Made by a program: the position numbers and the translations under genes
Notes under the pieces: generated by a model
What the model saw: the letters and a program-made list of their open reading frames with translations, nothing else
Databases searched by the model: none
Told to the model about the DNA's origin: nothing
NCBI GenBank assembly: GCA_029933565.1
Contig: JAOZNY010000002.1
Location: forward strand, 1 to 41,969
Source: Bacteroidales bacterium
GTDB lineage: Bacteria > Bacteroidota > Bacteroidia > Bacteroidales > F082
Reading direction: 5' to 3'
DNA: 41,969 nt
Shown here: one piece after another, positions 1 through 8,812 of the stretch
Numbering within the stretch: the stretch's first letter is position 1
Layout: each line of letters starts with the position of its first letter

Positions 1-782
1 ATCCTACCTGGGTTCCTTTCTTGCGTGAACTTTGGTCCAGTGCCGAGCAACAGCAGAATTATTTAATGGGAGTACCCGAAGGTGCCGATCTTATGATCAC
101 ACCAATATCAGCCCCTGAAAATCATTTTTTTAGAATTAATGGTAAATCAGAGATCCTTGCCGATGGGACTTTAAAAGGTGAATTTTTACTTACCGCTGAA
201 GGACAATCCGATGCATCGATTAGAAGGATGTTTACCAGCAATTACAAAACAGAATGGAAAAAATCTGTTGAAAGAGAATTATTAAAAGTTTCGCCACAGG
301 CAGAAATTATTGAAATGGACTTTGGTAAACCTTATGAGTATCAGGCTGATTACATTCACATAACTGTTAAATATATTATTCCTGACTACGCCATAGTAAC
401 AGAGGAAGAAATCATTTTTACTCCTTTTGTTGCTGCTAATCTTTTTAAAAGAGGAATGTCGCATATGTATGCAAACACAGACTACAACGACAGGAAATAC
501 AGTTTTAGGGATAGATGTTCGAGATTGGTTGAACTTAACGAAACAATAAAACTTCCAAAAAAGGGGAAATTAATTGCATATGATTATGATAAAAGTGTGG
601 GCGATGATATTTCCTCCTTTGAGGGAAATATTGAACTTAATGGAAAGTCGTTGGTGATTGCTGAGAAGGTAAGACTTGCTAAACGAATTTACGAAGCAGA
701 AGACTGGGAAGCCTACAAAAAAGCAGTCAGCAATCAGAAGAAATTTGCAGAAACACCAATTATTATTGATCTTAAAAACTAA
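1..782 (+). CDS. C-terminal part of a DUF3857/DUF3858-type (transglutaminase-like superfamily) secreted protein; 5' end lies outside the window
   Basis: Frame 3 is open from base 3 to the TAA at 780-782, so the track start at 21 is only the first possible start codon. The C-terminal layout (..AEKVRLAKRIYEAEDWEAYKK....IIIDLKN) parallels the C-terminus of the next gene, suggesting a paralogue pair. Confidence 0.5.
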   Translation, partial: PTWVPFLRELWSSAEQQQNYLMGVPEGADLMITPISAPENHFFRINGKSEILADGTLKGEFLLTAEGQSDASIRRMFTSNYKTEWKKSVERELLKVSPQAEIIEMDFGKPYEYQADYIHITVKYIIPDYAIVTEEEIIFTPFVAANLFKRGMSHMYANTDYNDRKYSFRDRCSRLVELNETIKLPKKGKLIAYDYDKSVGDDISSFEGNIELNGKSLVIAEKVRLAKRIYEAEDWEAYKKAVSNQKKFAETPIIIDLKN

Positions 783-802
783 GCAATCAAAAAATTTAAA
801 AG

Positions 803-2629
803 ATGAAGAAATTAATTTTAGCAATATTTTGCATCTCAATAATAAACATCTCTTTTTCACAGAATGAAAAGGCCGATGCCGAGTATTTAAAAATACTTAA
901 AGAATACACTCTTAAGCCAGATGGAAGCATCGACTTTCATTATTCCAAAGAAGTAAAACTTCTGAGTCATTACTCCTTTCACAGACTTTATGGCGAAACA
1001 TTTATTGTTTACAATACTGATTTCCAGACCTTAAAAATTAATTCGGCCTACACAATCATGGCTGATGGAAAGAAGATAGTTACTCCTGACAATGCTTTTA
1101 ATAAGGTTCTGCCAAGGTTTTCAACTGATGCTCCAAGTTACAATAATATCATGGAAATGGTTGTAACGCATACAGGGCTGGAAGTTGGCACAACTATTTA
1201 TCTGGATTACACTATCACTACCAAAGCAGGATATTATCCTGAACTTATGGATAATTTTGTTTTGTACGAGACTTCTCCAGTTAAGGAACTCACTGTAAAA
1301 GTGAATGTACCAGAGAATAAATCTTTAAATTTTGAATTATTGAATATTGAAGGAGAGCACTTAGTTTTAACTGAAAAAGATAAGGTTGTTTATTCCTGGA
1401 AATTTTATTCGCTTCCGGCAAACTCAAAGGATTATTATCAGGAGAAGGATCATTTAAGTTCTCCTAGATTAATTTTTAGCACGGCCAAAGATTTGAAAAA
1501 GGCCTATGACTTTTTTGTTAATCAGCCGGCTTTTGAATTTACTACCAATGAAGAAATGGATAAAGTTGTTGCTGATGTTATGGCAAACAATACCGATCAG
1601 TTAGCAGTTGCTTTAGAGTTGCAGAAGTTAGTTTCTAGCGATTTGAAAACCTTAAATGTACCTTTGAAATACACTGGCTTTAAATGCCGAACTGCCATTG
1701 AAACCTGGAATTCCAATAAGGGAACTCATCTGGAAAAGGCAATACTCTTAAATACTCTATTGACTAAAGCAAACATTAAAACTGATGTTGTTGCAGTAAT
1801 TCCAAATGCCTATTACAATAAGGAAATTGGAAATATTTTAGGATTTAATAAGTTCCTCGTAAGGATGAATTTAGATGATTATGGCGAAGTCTATTTATCT
1901 GCAATTCATACAGATAAGCAGAATTTGATTTTCAGTATTGCTGACAAAACAGTTTTGTTGCTTGACAAAAATATTGAAAGTTTAAAGAAGTTTTCTGTTG
2001 AACCAAAAATGGCTAAAATATTTGCAATGGGTGAATTTGAATTTTATAATTCAGATAGTTTAAACGCTAAATTGCAGTTGGTTTTGGAGGCTAATGCCAA
2101 TCCATATTTTACGATTTATGATGACGATTCAAAAGTCAAGTCTGTGGTTAAGGGAGGCATATCTTCAAAGGATATCACTACCGTCAAAATTGATCAACTA
2201 ACCCAGAAAGTAAGTAGTTCTCATTTAGCAATAAGTAAAACTGAACCATTTAAAAATTTTAATACTTATTTGAGTTTTGAGATTCCTTACGTAAGTGGTG
2301 GAGTAAATGGCTGGCATATTAATCTCCTGACTTCTGAACGCTCAGCGGTGCTTGAAATTCCAGAGACAATTCATGAAAGATATGATTACACTTTGACTTT
2401 TCCTGATGATTTAAAACTAGTTACGACAGCAAAAAATATTGAGGTTAAAAATGATGCCGGATACGCACTAATTAGTTTTGAAAAATTGGAAAATGGAATT
2501 AAAATCACCAAGGAGATAAAGTTTGAGAAGAAGACAATTGATTTATCTAATTATGATGATTTCAAGGAAATTATGAATGTGTGGAATAATGATAATTACA
2601 ATAAGATAATTTTCAAGAAAAATTTATAA
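803..2629 (+). CDS. Secreted DUF3857 / transglutaminase-like / DUF3858 family protein
   Basis: ATG start and an N-terminal signal peptide (MKKLILAIFCISIINISFSQ). The size and layout are typical of Bacteroidota DUF3857-TGase-DUF3858 proteins. The central segment (KGTHLEKAILLNTLLTKANIKTDVVAV) resembles a TGase core but has no obvious Cys at the nucleophile position. Confidence 0.55.
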   Translation: MKKLILAIFCISIINISFSQNEKADAEYLKILKEYTLKPDGSIDFHYSKEVKLLSHYSFHRLYGETFIVYNTDFQTLKINSAYTIMADGKKIVTPDNAFNKVLPRFSTDAPSYNNIMEMVVTHTGLEVGTTIYLDYTITTKAGYYPELMDNFVLYETSPVKELTVKVNVPENKSLNFELLNIEGEHLVLTEKDKVVYSWKFYSLPANSKDYYQEKDHLSSPRLIFSTAKDLKKAYDFFVNQPAFEFTTNEEMDKVVADVMANNTDQLAVALELQKLVSSDLKTLNVPLKYTGFKCRTAIETWNSNKGTHLEKAILLNTLLTKANIKTDVVAVIPNAYYNKEIGNILGFNKFLVRMNLDDYGEVYLSAIHTDKQNLIFSIADKTVLLLDKNIESLKKFSVEPKMAKIFAMGEFEFYNSDSLNAKLQLVLEANANPYFTIYDDDSKVKSVVKGGISSKDITTVKIDQLTQKVSSSHLAISKTEPFKNFNTYLSFEIPYVSGGVNGWHINLLTSERSAVLEIPETIHERYDYTLTFPDDLKLVTTAKNIEVKNDAGYALISFEKLENGIKITKEIKFEKKTIDLSNYDDFKEIMNVWNNDNYNKIIFKKNL

Positions 2630-2653
2630 GGCTAAATATAGCCTATTATTTTT
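2629..2653. terminator. Short hairpin plus T-tract between convergent genes
   Basis: aggcta-aata-tagcct (6-bp stem, 2629-2644) followed by attattttt. It lies exactly between the stop codons at 2629 (+) and 2652 (-). Confidence 0.45.
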
Positions 2654-3203
2654 AATGAAGTGCAATAGTAGTAGACCTTTCGGGATGCTTGCCTCTTAGT
2701 CCTTTATAGAAGTTTGTTATTTCTGCCATGTCTTTTTCCATATTACCCGTTGGATAGAACATTTTAGCAACTCCTCCTTTTTTGTCTGTATAATCCATCC
2801 ACCCAAGTGCAATTGGGACATTTGCAATACGAGCAATATGGTAGAATCCTTTTTTCCATTCTTTTACACGGGTTCGTGTGCCTTCAGGGGTAATTACAAG
2901 AATTAATTCATCGTGTTCATCAAACATCTTCGCAATCGATTCAGTCATTCTCATATTTTTTTTCCGGTTAACCGGAATACCACCTATTTTTCTAAGTATA
3001 ACTCCCAATGGAAAAAAGAAAGCCTCTTTTTTTATTAAAATTTTAATGTCGTGATCCAAGTGCCAAAATGCCAACCTGCCAATTACAGTATCCCAGGTAC
3101 TTGTGTGTGGAGCGACAATAAGTACTGCTTTTTTTATATCGTCTGGTATGCGGCCTTTAATATCCCAACCCATCTTTTTTAGAATCCAGCTTGATTTTTT
3201 CAT
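2652..3203 (-). CDS. 1-acyl-sn-glycerol-3-phosphate (lysophospholipid) acyltransferase, PlsC family
   Basis: HX4D acyltransferase motif (APHTSTWD) and the downstream ITPEGTR motif. 183 aa, ATG start. Confidence 0.8.
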   Translation of the reverse strand: MKKSSWILKKMGWDIKGRIPDDIKKAVLIVAPHTSTWDTVIGRLAFWHLDHDIKILIKKEAFFFPLGVILRKIGGIPVNRKKNMRMTESIAKMFDEHDELILVITPEGTRTRVKEWKKGFYHIARIANVPIALGWMDYTDKKGGVAKMFYPTGNMEKDMAEITNFYKGLRGKHPERSTTIALH

Positions 3204-3208
3204 GGGGG

Positions 3209-3216
3209 CAAAAATA
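3209..3216 (-). promoter_or_regulatory. Candidate Bacteroidota -7 box (TATTTTTG) only 5 nt upstream of the acyltransferase ATG
   Basis: The minus strand reads TATTTTTG-ccccc-ATG. This matches the TAnnTTTG consensus and would imply a leaderless or near-leaderless mRNA. Confidence 0.3.
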
Positions 3217-3268
3217 ATTTAATTAGGGAAATATGACAAACCCATGAGTTTCTCCGTGGTTTTAATCT

Positions 3269-3321
3269 GGAGATAGGGAATAGGGGGAATAGGGAATGCT
3301 GCCCCTATGCCCTTATTTCCT
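3269..3321 (-). terminator. Imperfect hairpin built from TAGGG(GG)AA words, downstream of the M16 peptidase stop
   Basis: gggaataggg (3285-3294) pairs with ccctatgccc (3303-3312), 9/10 bp with an 8-nt loop. Pairing extends outwards with wobbles. The left arm is tagggaa / tagggggaa / tagggaa in tandem. There is no clear U-tract. Confidence 0.4.
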
Positions 3322-3331
3322 TATATCCATT

Positions 3332-6142
3332 TTATTCTTCCGGTCTCAGCACTACTTTTAAATAATGGTCTTTTGTAAAGTACTTAATGGCTGCCTTTTG
3401 AAGGTCTTCTTTTGAGATGGCATTAACCAATTCCGTTAATTTGTCCGCCGATTGCAATTCAGTGTTTAACCATTGACTATCTTTTAATTTGTTGAGCCAA
3501 TATTTGTTCTCTTCCTGATTGCTCTCCAAATCCCTTAAATATGTTTCAACAGCCTTCTCAAGGTTGGTGTCTCCCGGCCCATTTTCAATTAGGAAATCCA
3601 TTTCAGTGAAAACGGTATTTACAAGTGTGTCAACATTGTCGGGCGAGCATCCCCATAAAACATAAATATTATAGTCAGGTTTTGGATAGAGACTTGTATT
3701 TTGTTGTACTTGTACCCCATAAACACCACCCTGATCTTCGCGCATGTTTTCGCGTAAGCGGATGCTTAGTATTTTTACCAGCATTTGAATTTCTAGGCGA
3801 TTTTTAATGTTGTATTCAAAATCGTTGTTCATCATAAATCCAACCATGCTTTTTGGCTCGGTTCCTTTGTTAATAGTTTTATCAGTAATCCCTTCAGGGA
3901 ATGTAATATTACGGTCAACCCATTTTGTTGGTTCACCTTCAACAGGGAGGCTTCCCAAATACTTTTCAATCAATGGTTTTATCTCTTCTGTTTCAAAACT
4001 TCCAACAATAAAAAATTTGAAATTGGTTGCATTTCCAAAAGCATTTGAATAGAAGTTATATGATTTGTCAAGATCTATTCCGTTGATTTGCTCTTCTGTT
4101 GGCAGTACAACTATCCTTGGGCTATTCGAAACCGCCGACTCCCTGAATTCCTTAATGAAAACCATTTGTGGGTTCGACATCATAAATTTGAACTGGGTAT
4201 TCATTTGTGATTTGAAAGTCATAAATGCAGTGGTATCTTTTCTGGCTGCCGTGAAGTTCAGGTAAGTAAGTTGGAACATAGTTTCAAGGTCTTTTTTTAC
4301 AGTGTTTGCATTAATGCCTTGAGTTAACTCCCCAAAATATGGTGCAACGCTAACATTTTTACCTGTCATAAATTTCTGTAAGGCTACCTGATTAAAGTCG
4401 CCCAAACCACTCATACCCATAATTTGTGAGGTAAAAAATGCTGAAATAAAATCTTCATCTTCAACAACCGAAGTACCTCCGGGGGCAATGGCTGTCATCA
4501 ATATTTCATCATTTTTGAAATTGGTTTGCTTCAGTGTAACTTCAACGCCATTGCTCAGTTTCATGTGTGTAAAACCAAATTCTTCATTTTCTGTTGTTTC
4601 AATTACCAGTCCTCCCACAAGGTCTTCAGCAATTAGTTTGTTAGCAATTTCTTCTTCTTCGTAAGCAGTAAGGTCTATTGCTTTTGCAGCCGCAATTACT
4701 TCAATTATTTCTTTTTCTGTTGGAATATTTACTCCTTCTTTTTCAGGACCTGTAAGAAGTACGATCATATTATTGTCAGTAATGAGTTTTTCAGCAAGTG
4801 TATTTATTTCTTCAACAGTAATTTCAGGAATTAACGATCTTGAAAGTGTCACTTCGTATTCAATACCGGGGAAGGCTTCATTTTCAAGGAAATTGTTCAA
4901 ATATTCCTGAACAAATATCTTTGATTCGGTTTTGTCTTTTTCCTGAATTGCTTTCTCCAACTGACTTAACATTTGAGCCTTTTGCCTTTTAAGTTCTTCA
5001 GAAGTAAAACCAAACTGCTTTACCCTTTCATTCTCTTCTATCAAAAGAGTAACAGCTTCATTGGTCATATTTTCCTTTGGCAGTGCGAATAACGAATAAG
5101 TGTCGATGGATCTACCTATAAAACTACCAAAACTAACTCCACTGTACATTATTGGTGCTTCCGGTTTTTGTGTTATCTCAAACAATCTTGCATTCAGCAT
5201 TTCCACATATAAATTTATTAGCAGATTATTTCTGTAGTCGGCATTGGTTAGTGTTTCCTTTTTTTCGTGCTTAAAAAGTAACATTGCCATATTCATAGTT
5301 GCCTCAGGATCGGTAACAATGGCAACTAGTGGTTTCTCGTTGTCAGGTATTTTAAATTTAATACGTTCCCTTGGTTTCTTAGGGCCTTTTATTTTGTTAA
5401 AATGTTTTTTAATCTGTTCTTCCGCATAAGCGGGATCGATGTCGCCAACAACAATAACAGCCATTAAATCAGGCCTGTACCAATCGTTATAGAAGCGTTT
5501 TACAACATCGTAATGGGCTGTGTCGATAATATCCATTTTGCCAATTGGCAGTCTGTTTGCATATTGCGAACCATCAAAAAGTATAGGAATATAGGTTTTC
5601 ATCATCCTCTCCTGAGCCCCCAAACCCATTCGCCACTCTTCTTTTACCACACCTCTTTCCTTATCAATTTCCTCATTCTCGAAACTAACTTTATAAGCCC
5701 AGTTTTCGAGTACCATGAATCCCGAATCAATTAGTCCCTGCCTATCACTTGGCATTTGAAACATATAAACGGTTTCGTCGAAACTTGTATAAGCATTAAG
5801 GTCGGCACCAAAGTCAACACCGGTTTTTTCCAAATAACTTACAAGTTCATTTTTGTCAAAGTCTTCGCTGCCGTTAAAACACATATGCTCAATAAAATGT
5901 GCAAGGCCTTGCTGGTCTTCATCCTCTAAAATTGAGCCTGCATTTAAGGCAAGACGGAACTCAACACGCTTTTCAGGTTTTGCATTTTGACGTATATAAT
6001 ATTTAATACCGTTTTTTAGTTTTCCTGTAATTACAAAAGGATCTTGAGGTAATTTGTCAGTAGGTTTAAAGTCTTGAGAAAAACTAATTAAACTGCTGAA
6101 AATAAATGTTAAAACAAGAAAAAGTATAGTCTTTGTTTTCAT
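3332..6142 (-). CDS. M16 (pitrilysin/insulinase) family zinc peptidase, secreted, two-halves-fused type
   Basis: Inverted zinc motif HxxEH (HFIEHMCFNGS), an N-terminal signal peptide, and 936 aa covering both M16 active and inactive domain pairs. Confidence 0.9.
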   Translation of the reverse strand: MKTKTILFLVLTFIFSSLISFSQDFKPTDKLPQDPFVITGKLKNGIKYYIRQNAKPEKRVEFRLALNAGSILEDEDQQGLAHFIEHMCFNGSEDFDKNELVSYLEKTGVDFGADLNAYTSFDETVYMFQMPSDRQGLIDSGFMVLENWAYKVSFENEEIDKERGVVKEEWRMGLGAQERMMKTYIPILFDGSQYANRLPIGKMDIIDTAHYDVVKRFYNDWYRPDLMAVIVVGDIDPAYAEEQIKKHFNKIKGPKKPRERIKFKIPDNEKPLVAIVTDPEATMNMAMLLFKHEKKETLTNADYRNNLLINLYVEMLNARLFEITQKPEAPIMYSGVSFGSFIGRSIDTYSLFALPKENMTNEAVTLLIEENERVKQFGFTSEELKRQKAQMLSQLEKAIQEKDKTESKIFVQEYLNNFLENEAFPGIEYEVTLSRSLIPEITVEEINTLAEKLITDNNMIVLLTGPEKEGVNIPTEKEIIEVIAAAKAIDLTAYEEEEIANKLIAEDLVGGLVIETTENEEFGFTHMKLSNGVEVTLKQTNFKNDEILMTAIAPGGTSVVEDEDFISAFFTSQIMGMSGLGDFNQVALQKFMTGKNVSVAPYFGELTQGINANTVKKDLETMFQLTYLNFTAARKDTTAFMTFKSQMNTQFKFMMSNPQMVFIKEFRESAVSNSPRIVVLPTEEQINGIDLDKSYNFYSNAFGNATNFKFFIVGSFETEEIKPLIEKYLGSLPVEGEPTKWVDRNITFPEGITDKTINKGTEPKSMVGFMMNNDFEYNIKNRLEIQMLVKILSIRLRENMREDQGGVYGVQVQQNTSLYPKPDYNIYVLWGCSPDNVDTLVNTVFTEMDFLIENGPGDTNLEKAVETYLRDLESNQEENKYWLNKLKDSQWLNTELQSADKLTELVNAISKEDLQKAAIKYFTKDHYLKVVLRPEE

Positions 6143-6355
6143 GGTAAATTTTTTAAATATGATTTGAATGCTAATTTTATTAAAAAGGTAAAGATATTAA
6201 AAATGCATTAGTTCAGATCAAGTTTGTAGGCCTCCAATAACCATGTTTTTAGTTGTTTGTCCAGTTCATCAAAATGCTCGAGCCTAACAAAATTTGGATA
6301 CTTTGTTTTTGGAGACTTGAACTCAAAAACTAGTGCGAGATACTGAGGCGAAACC

Positions 6356-6444
6356 CGTAATTGCGAGGAGGGACGATGAAGCAATCTTCTGGATATCTGC
6401 GCATTTTAAGAGATTGCCGCACTCCTTTGTCACTGGTAATGACG
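6356..6444. repeat. GC-rich degenerate palindromic element (two inverted arms around a 23-nt spacer)
   Basis: Arm 1 is cgtaattgcgaggagggacgatgaagcaatct (6356-6387). Arm 2 is agattgccgcactcctttgtcactggtaatgacg (6411-6444). There is a perfect 7-bp core (gcaatct/agattgc) plus scattered further pairing. It is locally much more GC-rich than the surrounding spacer. Confidence 0.5.
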
Positions 6445-6490
6445 TGACAATTCTTAACTTAATGACATTGCCCGCGCAGCAGTAAAATTG

Positions 6491-6543
6491 GAAAGAAAAC
6501 AAAAATGGAGTGTTGGAAGGAATTTCCTTATTCAACACTCCAT
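6491..6543 (-). terminator. Intrinsic terminator of the M13 peptidase gene
   Basis: atggagtgttg...caacactccat forms an 11-bp perfect stem with an inner aggaa/ttcct extension (6505-6543). On the minus strand it is followed by ttttgttttcttt (6491-6504). It begins 23 nt after the stop at 6566. Confidence 0.75.
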
Positions 6544-6565
6544 AATTTCATTACTCAATTTCTTT

Positions 6566-8614
6566 TTACCAAATATACGCCCTGTCTTCTTCAGGAATAA
6601 AAAGTGCATCATTTGGCTTAATATCGAATGCCTTCAAAAATACATCCAAATTAAATGGTGCAATGTTTACCCTTGCATCGCCAGGACTGTGCACATCTTC
6701 TTTTAGGCGGCGCATCAATTCCTCATCGCGGATACTTTGGCGCCATAGTGAAGCATAGCCTAAAAAGAAACGTTGGTCGGAAGTAAAGCCATCAACTGGC
6801 TTAGGAGTATTTCCCTTATAGGCCATTTGCAGTGCGTTATAAGAAATATTCAAACCACCAAGATCGGCAATGTTTTCGCCCATGGTAAGTTTACCATCTA
6901 CATTCAATGTGTCGAGTTCTTTGTAATTATTGTATTGTGTTTCTAACTTTGCTATTTTTTTTGTAAATCTTTCGGCATCTTCTGCAGTCCACCAGTCGTT
7001 GAGGTTTCCATCTTTATCGTATTGGCGGCCCATGTCATCAAAACCGTGGGTCATTTCGTGACCAATAACCACACCAATAGCACCGTAATTTACTGCATCG
7101 TCGGCATCTTTGTTGAAGAAAGGTGGTTGTAAAATTCCAGCAGGGAAAACAATTTCGTTATTTGTTGGATTGTAGTAGGCATTAACAGTTTGAGGTGTCA
7201 TTCCCCATTCAGTTTTATCAACTGGTTTGCCAATTTTATTGAGATTGCGCTGGAACTCAAATTCTCTGGCATTACTAACATTTTTATAATAATTTCCGTC
7301 AGTTATCTCAAGTTTTGAATAATCTATCCATTTGTCAGGATAGCCAATTTTTACAGTAATTGTTTCCAGTTTTTCGTTGGCTTTTATTTTAGTTTCATCA
7401 CTCATCCAGTCAAGTTGCTCAATTCGCTGAGCGAAAGATTTTCTGAGGTTTTCAACCAAAACAAGCATTCTTTCCTTGCTTTCAGCAGGGAAATATTTTT
7501 CAACATAAAGTTGACCAATTGCCTCTCCTAATCCACCTGAGGTTGTCGATAAAACTCTTTTCCAACGTGGTTGCATTTCTTCTCTGCCCGATAGGGTTTT
7601 TCCAAAAAAGTCAAAATTCTGCTCCACAATATCGGAACTCAAATAATTAGCAGAGTTGTCCAATAAATTCCATGTTAGATATGCTTTCCATTGTTCAACC
7701 GAATAAGTGTCCATTATGCTACTTACTCCTGCAATAAAATCGGTTTGGCCAACATTCATTTCGCCGGGGTTTTCTAAGCCAAGATTAGTAAAATAAACAT
7801 CCCAGTTAAAGTTTGGTGACAAGTCCTTTAATTGCGATAAATCCATTTTATTGTAGTTGGCAACAGGATCGCGGAGTTCGAGACGTGTTTTGGAAACTTT
7901 TGCCAGATCGGTTTCAATATTTAAAACTGTGGCAGCATTCTTAGTTGCTAATTTTTCATTTTCACCTTTAAGCAAAAACATTTTCTTAAGATGAATGGTA
8001 TAAGCATCCCTAATACCAACAATTCTTTCGTTGTCACTTAGGTAATAATCCACATCGGGCATTCCCAATCCACCCTGATAAAAGTTGCCAATTTCCATAC
8101 TGCTGTTTTTCTGGTCGGCCTGTGCGAAGAAATAAAACAAAGGATAACTTCCACTGCGGTGCATAATTGCCACTTGCTTTTGAACATCTTCCTTAGTCTT
8201 TAAACTCTCAATCTTGTCCAATCGCTCAGCAATTGCGTTGATGCCAAGTTCTTCAATTTTTACAGTGTCCATTCCACTATTATAAAAGTCGCGGATCTTC
8301 TGGTTTACACTTCCTTTTTTTGTGCCTTTTTCAGCAGATACTTCTTCAACCAGACTACGAAGCTGTTTTTGGTTGTCTTCGTAAATAACTGTAAAAGCGC
8401 CGTACTGACTGTGTTCGGGTGGGATAGGATTGTTTTTTATCCATCCGCCATTGGCGTACTCAAATAAGTTGTCGCCAGGCTTTACACCGGCATTCATGTT
8501 CTCAAGGTCAATTGCTTTTGTCATAGCTTTGTCTTCTTTTTCTTCCTGACAGTCGCAGGCGTTAAAGCCCATTGCAATAGCAATAGCCAATAATAAATAA
8601 GTTACTCTTTTCAT
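6566..8614 (-). CDS. M13 family metallopeptidase (neprilysin/PepO-like), lipoprotein
   Basis: HExxH motif (VIGHEMTHGFD), downstream ENIADLGG, and a lipobox signal peptide (LLAIAIAMGFNAC). 682 aa. Confidence 0.9.
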   Translation of the reverse strand: MKRVTYLLLAIAIAMGFNACDCQEEKEDKAMTKAIDLENMNAGVKPGDNLFEYANGGWIKNNPIPPEHSQYGAFTVIYEDNQKQLRSLVEEVSAEKGTKKGSVNQKIRDFYNSGMDTVKIEELGINAIAERLDKIESLKTKEDVQKQVAIMHRSGSYPLFYFFAQADQKNSSMEIGNFYQGGLGMPDVDYYLSDNERIVGIRDAYTIHLKKMFLLKGENEKLATKNAATVLNIETDLAKVSKTRLELRDPVANYNKMDLSQLKDLSPNFNWDVYFTNLGLENPGEMNVGQTDFIAGVSSIMDTYSVEQWKAYLTWNLLDNSANYLSSDIVEQNFDFFGKTLSGREEMQPRWKRVLSTTSGGLGEAIGQLYVEKYFPAESKERMLVLVENLRKSFAQRIEQLDWMSDETKIKANEKLETITVKIGYPDKWIDYSKLEITDGNYYKNVSNAREFEFQRNLNKIGKPVDKTEWGMTPQTVNAYYNPTNNEIVFPAGILQPPFFNKDADDAVNYGAIGVVIGHEMTHGFDDMGRQYDKDGNLNDWWTAEDAERFTKKIAKLETQYNNYKELDTLNVDGKLTMGENIADLGGLNISYNALQMAYKGNTPKPVDGFTSDQRFFLGYASLWRQSIRDEELMRRLKEDVHSPGDARVNIAPFNLDVFLKAFDIKPNDALFIPEEDRAYIW

Positions 8615-8650
8615 TTTTTTTAAGATTTAGTTGCGATTCTAATATCGGGG

Positions 8651-8658
8651 CAAAGGTA
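8651..8658 (-). promoter_or_regulatory. Candidate -7 box (TACCTTTG) for the M13 peptidase
   Basis: Matches the TAnnTTTG consensus on the minus strand, 37 nt upstream of the ATG at 8614. Confidence 0.4.
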
Positions 8659-8670
8659 GGGAAATATATG

Positions 8671-8747
8671 GAGTCAAGAGACAGGAATCAGGAGACAAGA
8701 TAAAGGGAAAAAGAAATAAGATAAAAGGAAAAAGTTGTCAGGTTATC
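8671..8747. repeat. Degenerate heptamer array, 11 phased units (GAGTCAA GAGACAG GAATCAG GAGACAA GATAAAG GGAAAAA GAAATAA GATAAAA GGAAAAA GTTGTCA GGTTATC)
   Basis: A G occurs at every 7th base from 8671 to 8741 (11 consecutive units). The tract is strongly purine-rich on the + strand. Confidence 0.7.
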
Positions 8748-8806
8748 ATTTTGTCGTATAACCCGAACACAAAGATAACAATGACAACAATGACAACAAT
8801 GATAAT
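8734..8806 (-). terminator. Word-repeat hairpin downstream of the S9 peptidase stop
   Basis: gttgtca (8734-8740) pairs with tgacaac (8791-8797), and gttatcatt (8742-8750) pairs 8/9 with aatgacaac (8780-8788). The right arm is a tandem 9-mer tract (ataacaatg acaacaatg acaacaatg ataat). Confidence 0.45.
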
Positions 8807-8812
8807 CCCTTC

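Noticed and set aside
570-867. Small overlapping ORFs (570-860 minus, 676-867 plus) at the junction of the first two genes
   Set aside because: Both lie largely within or antisense to the DUF3857/3858-type genes and have low-complexity translations.
6323-6538. 71-aa minus-strand ORF in the M13/M16 spacer
   Set aside because: It begins inside the M13 terminator hairpin and runs through the palindromic element (..IASSSLLAITG..). It has no protein-like features and is almost certainly non-coding.
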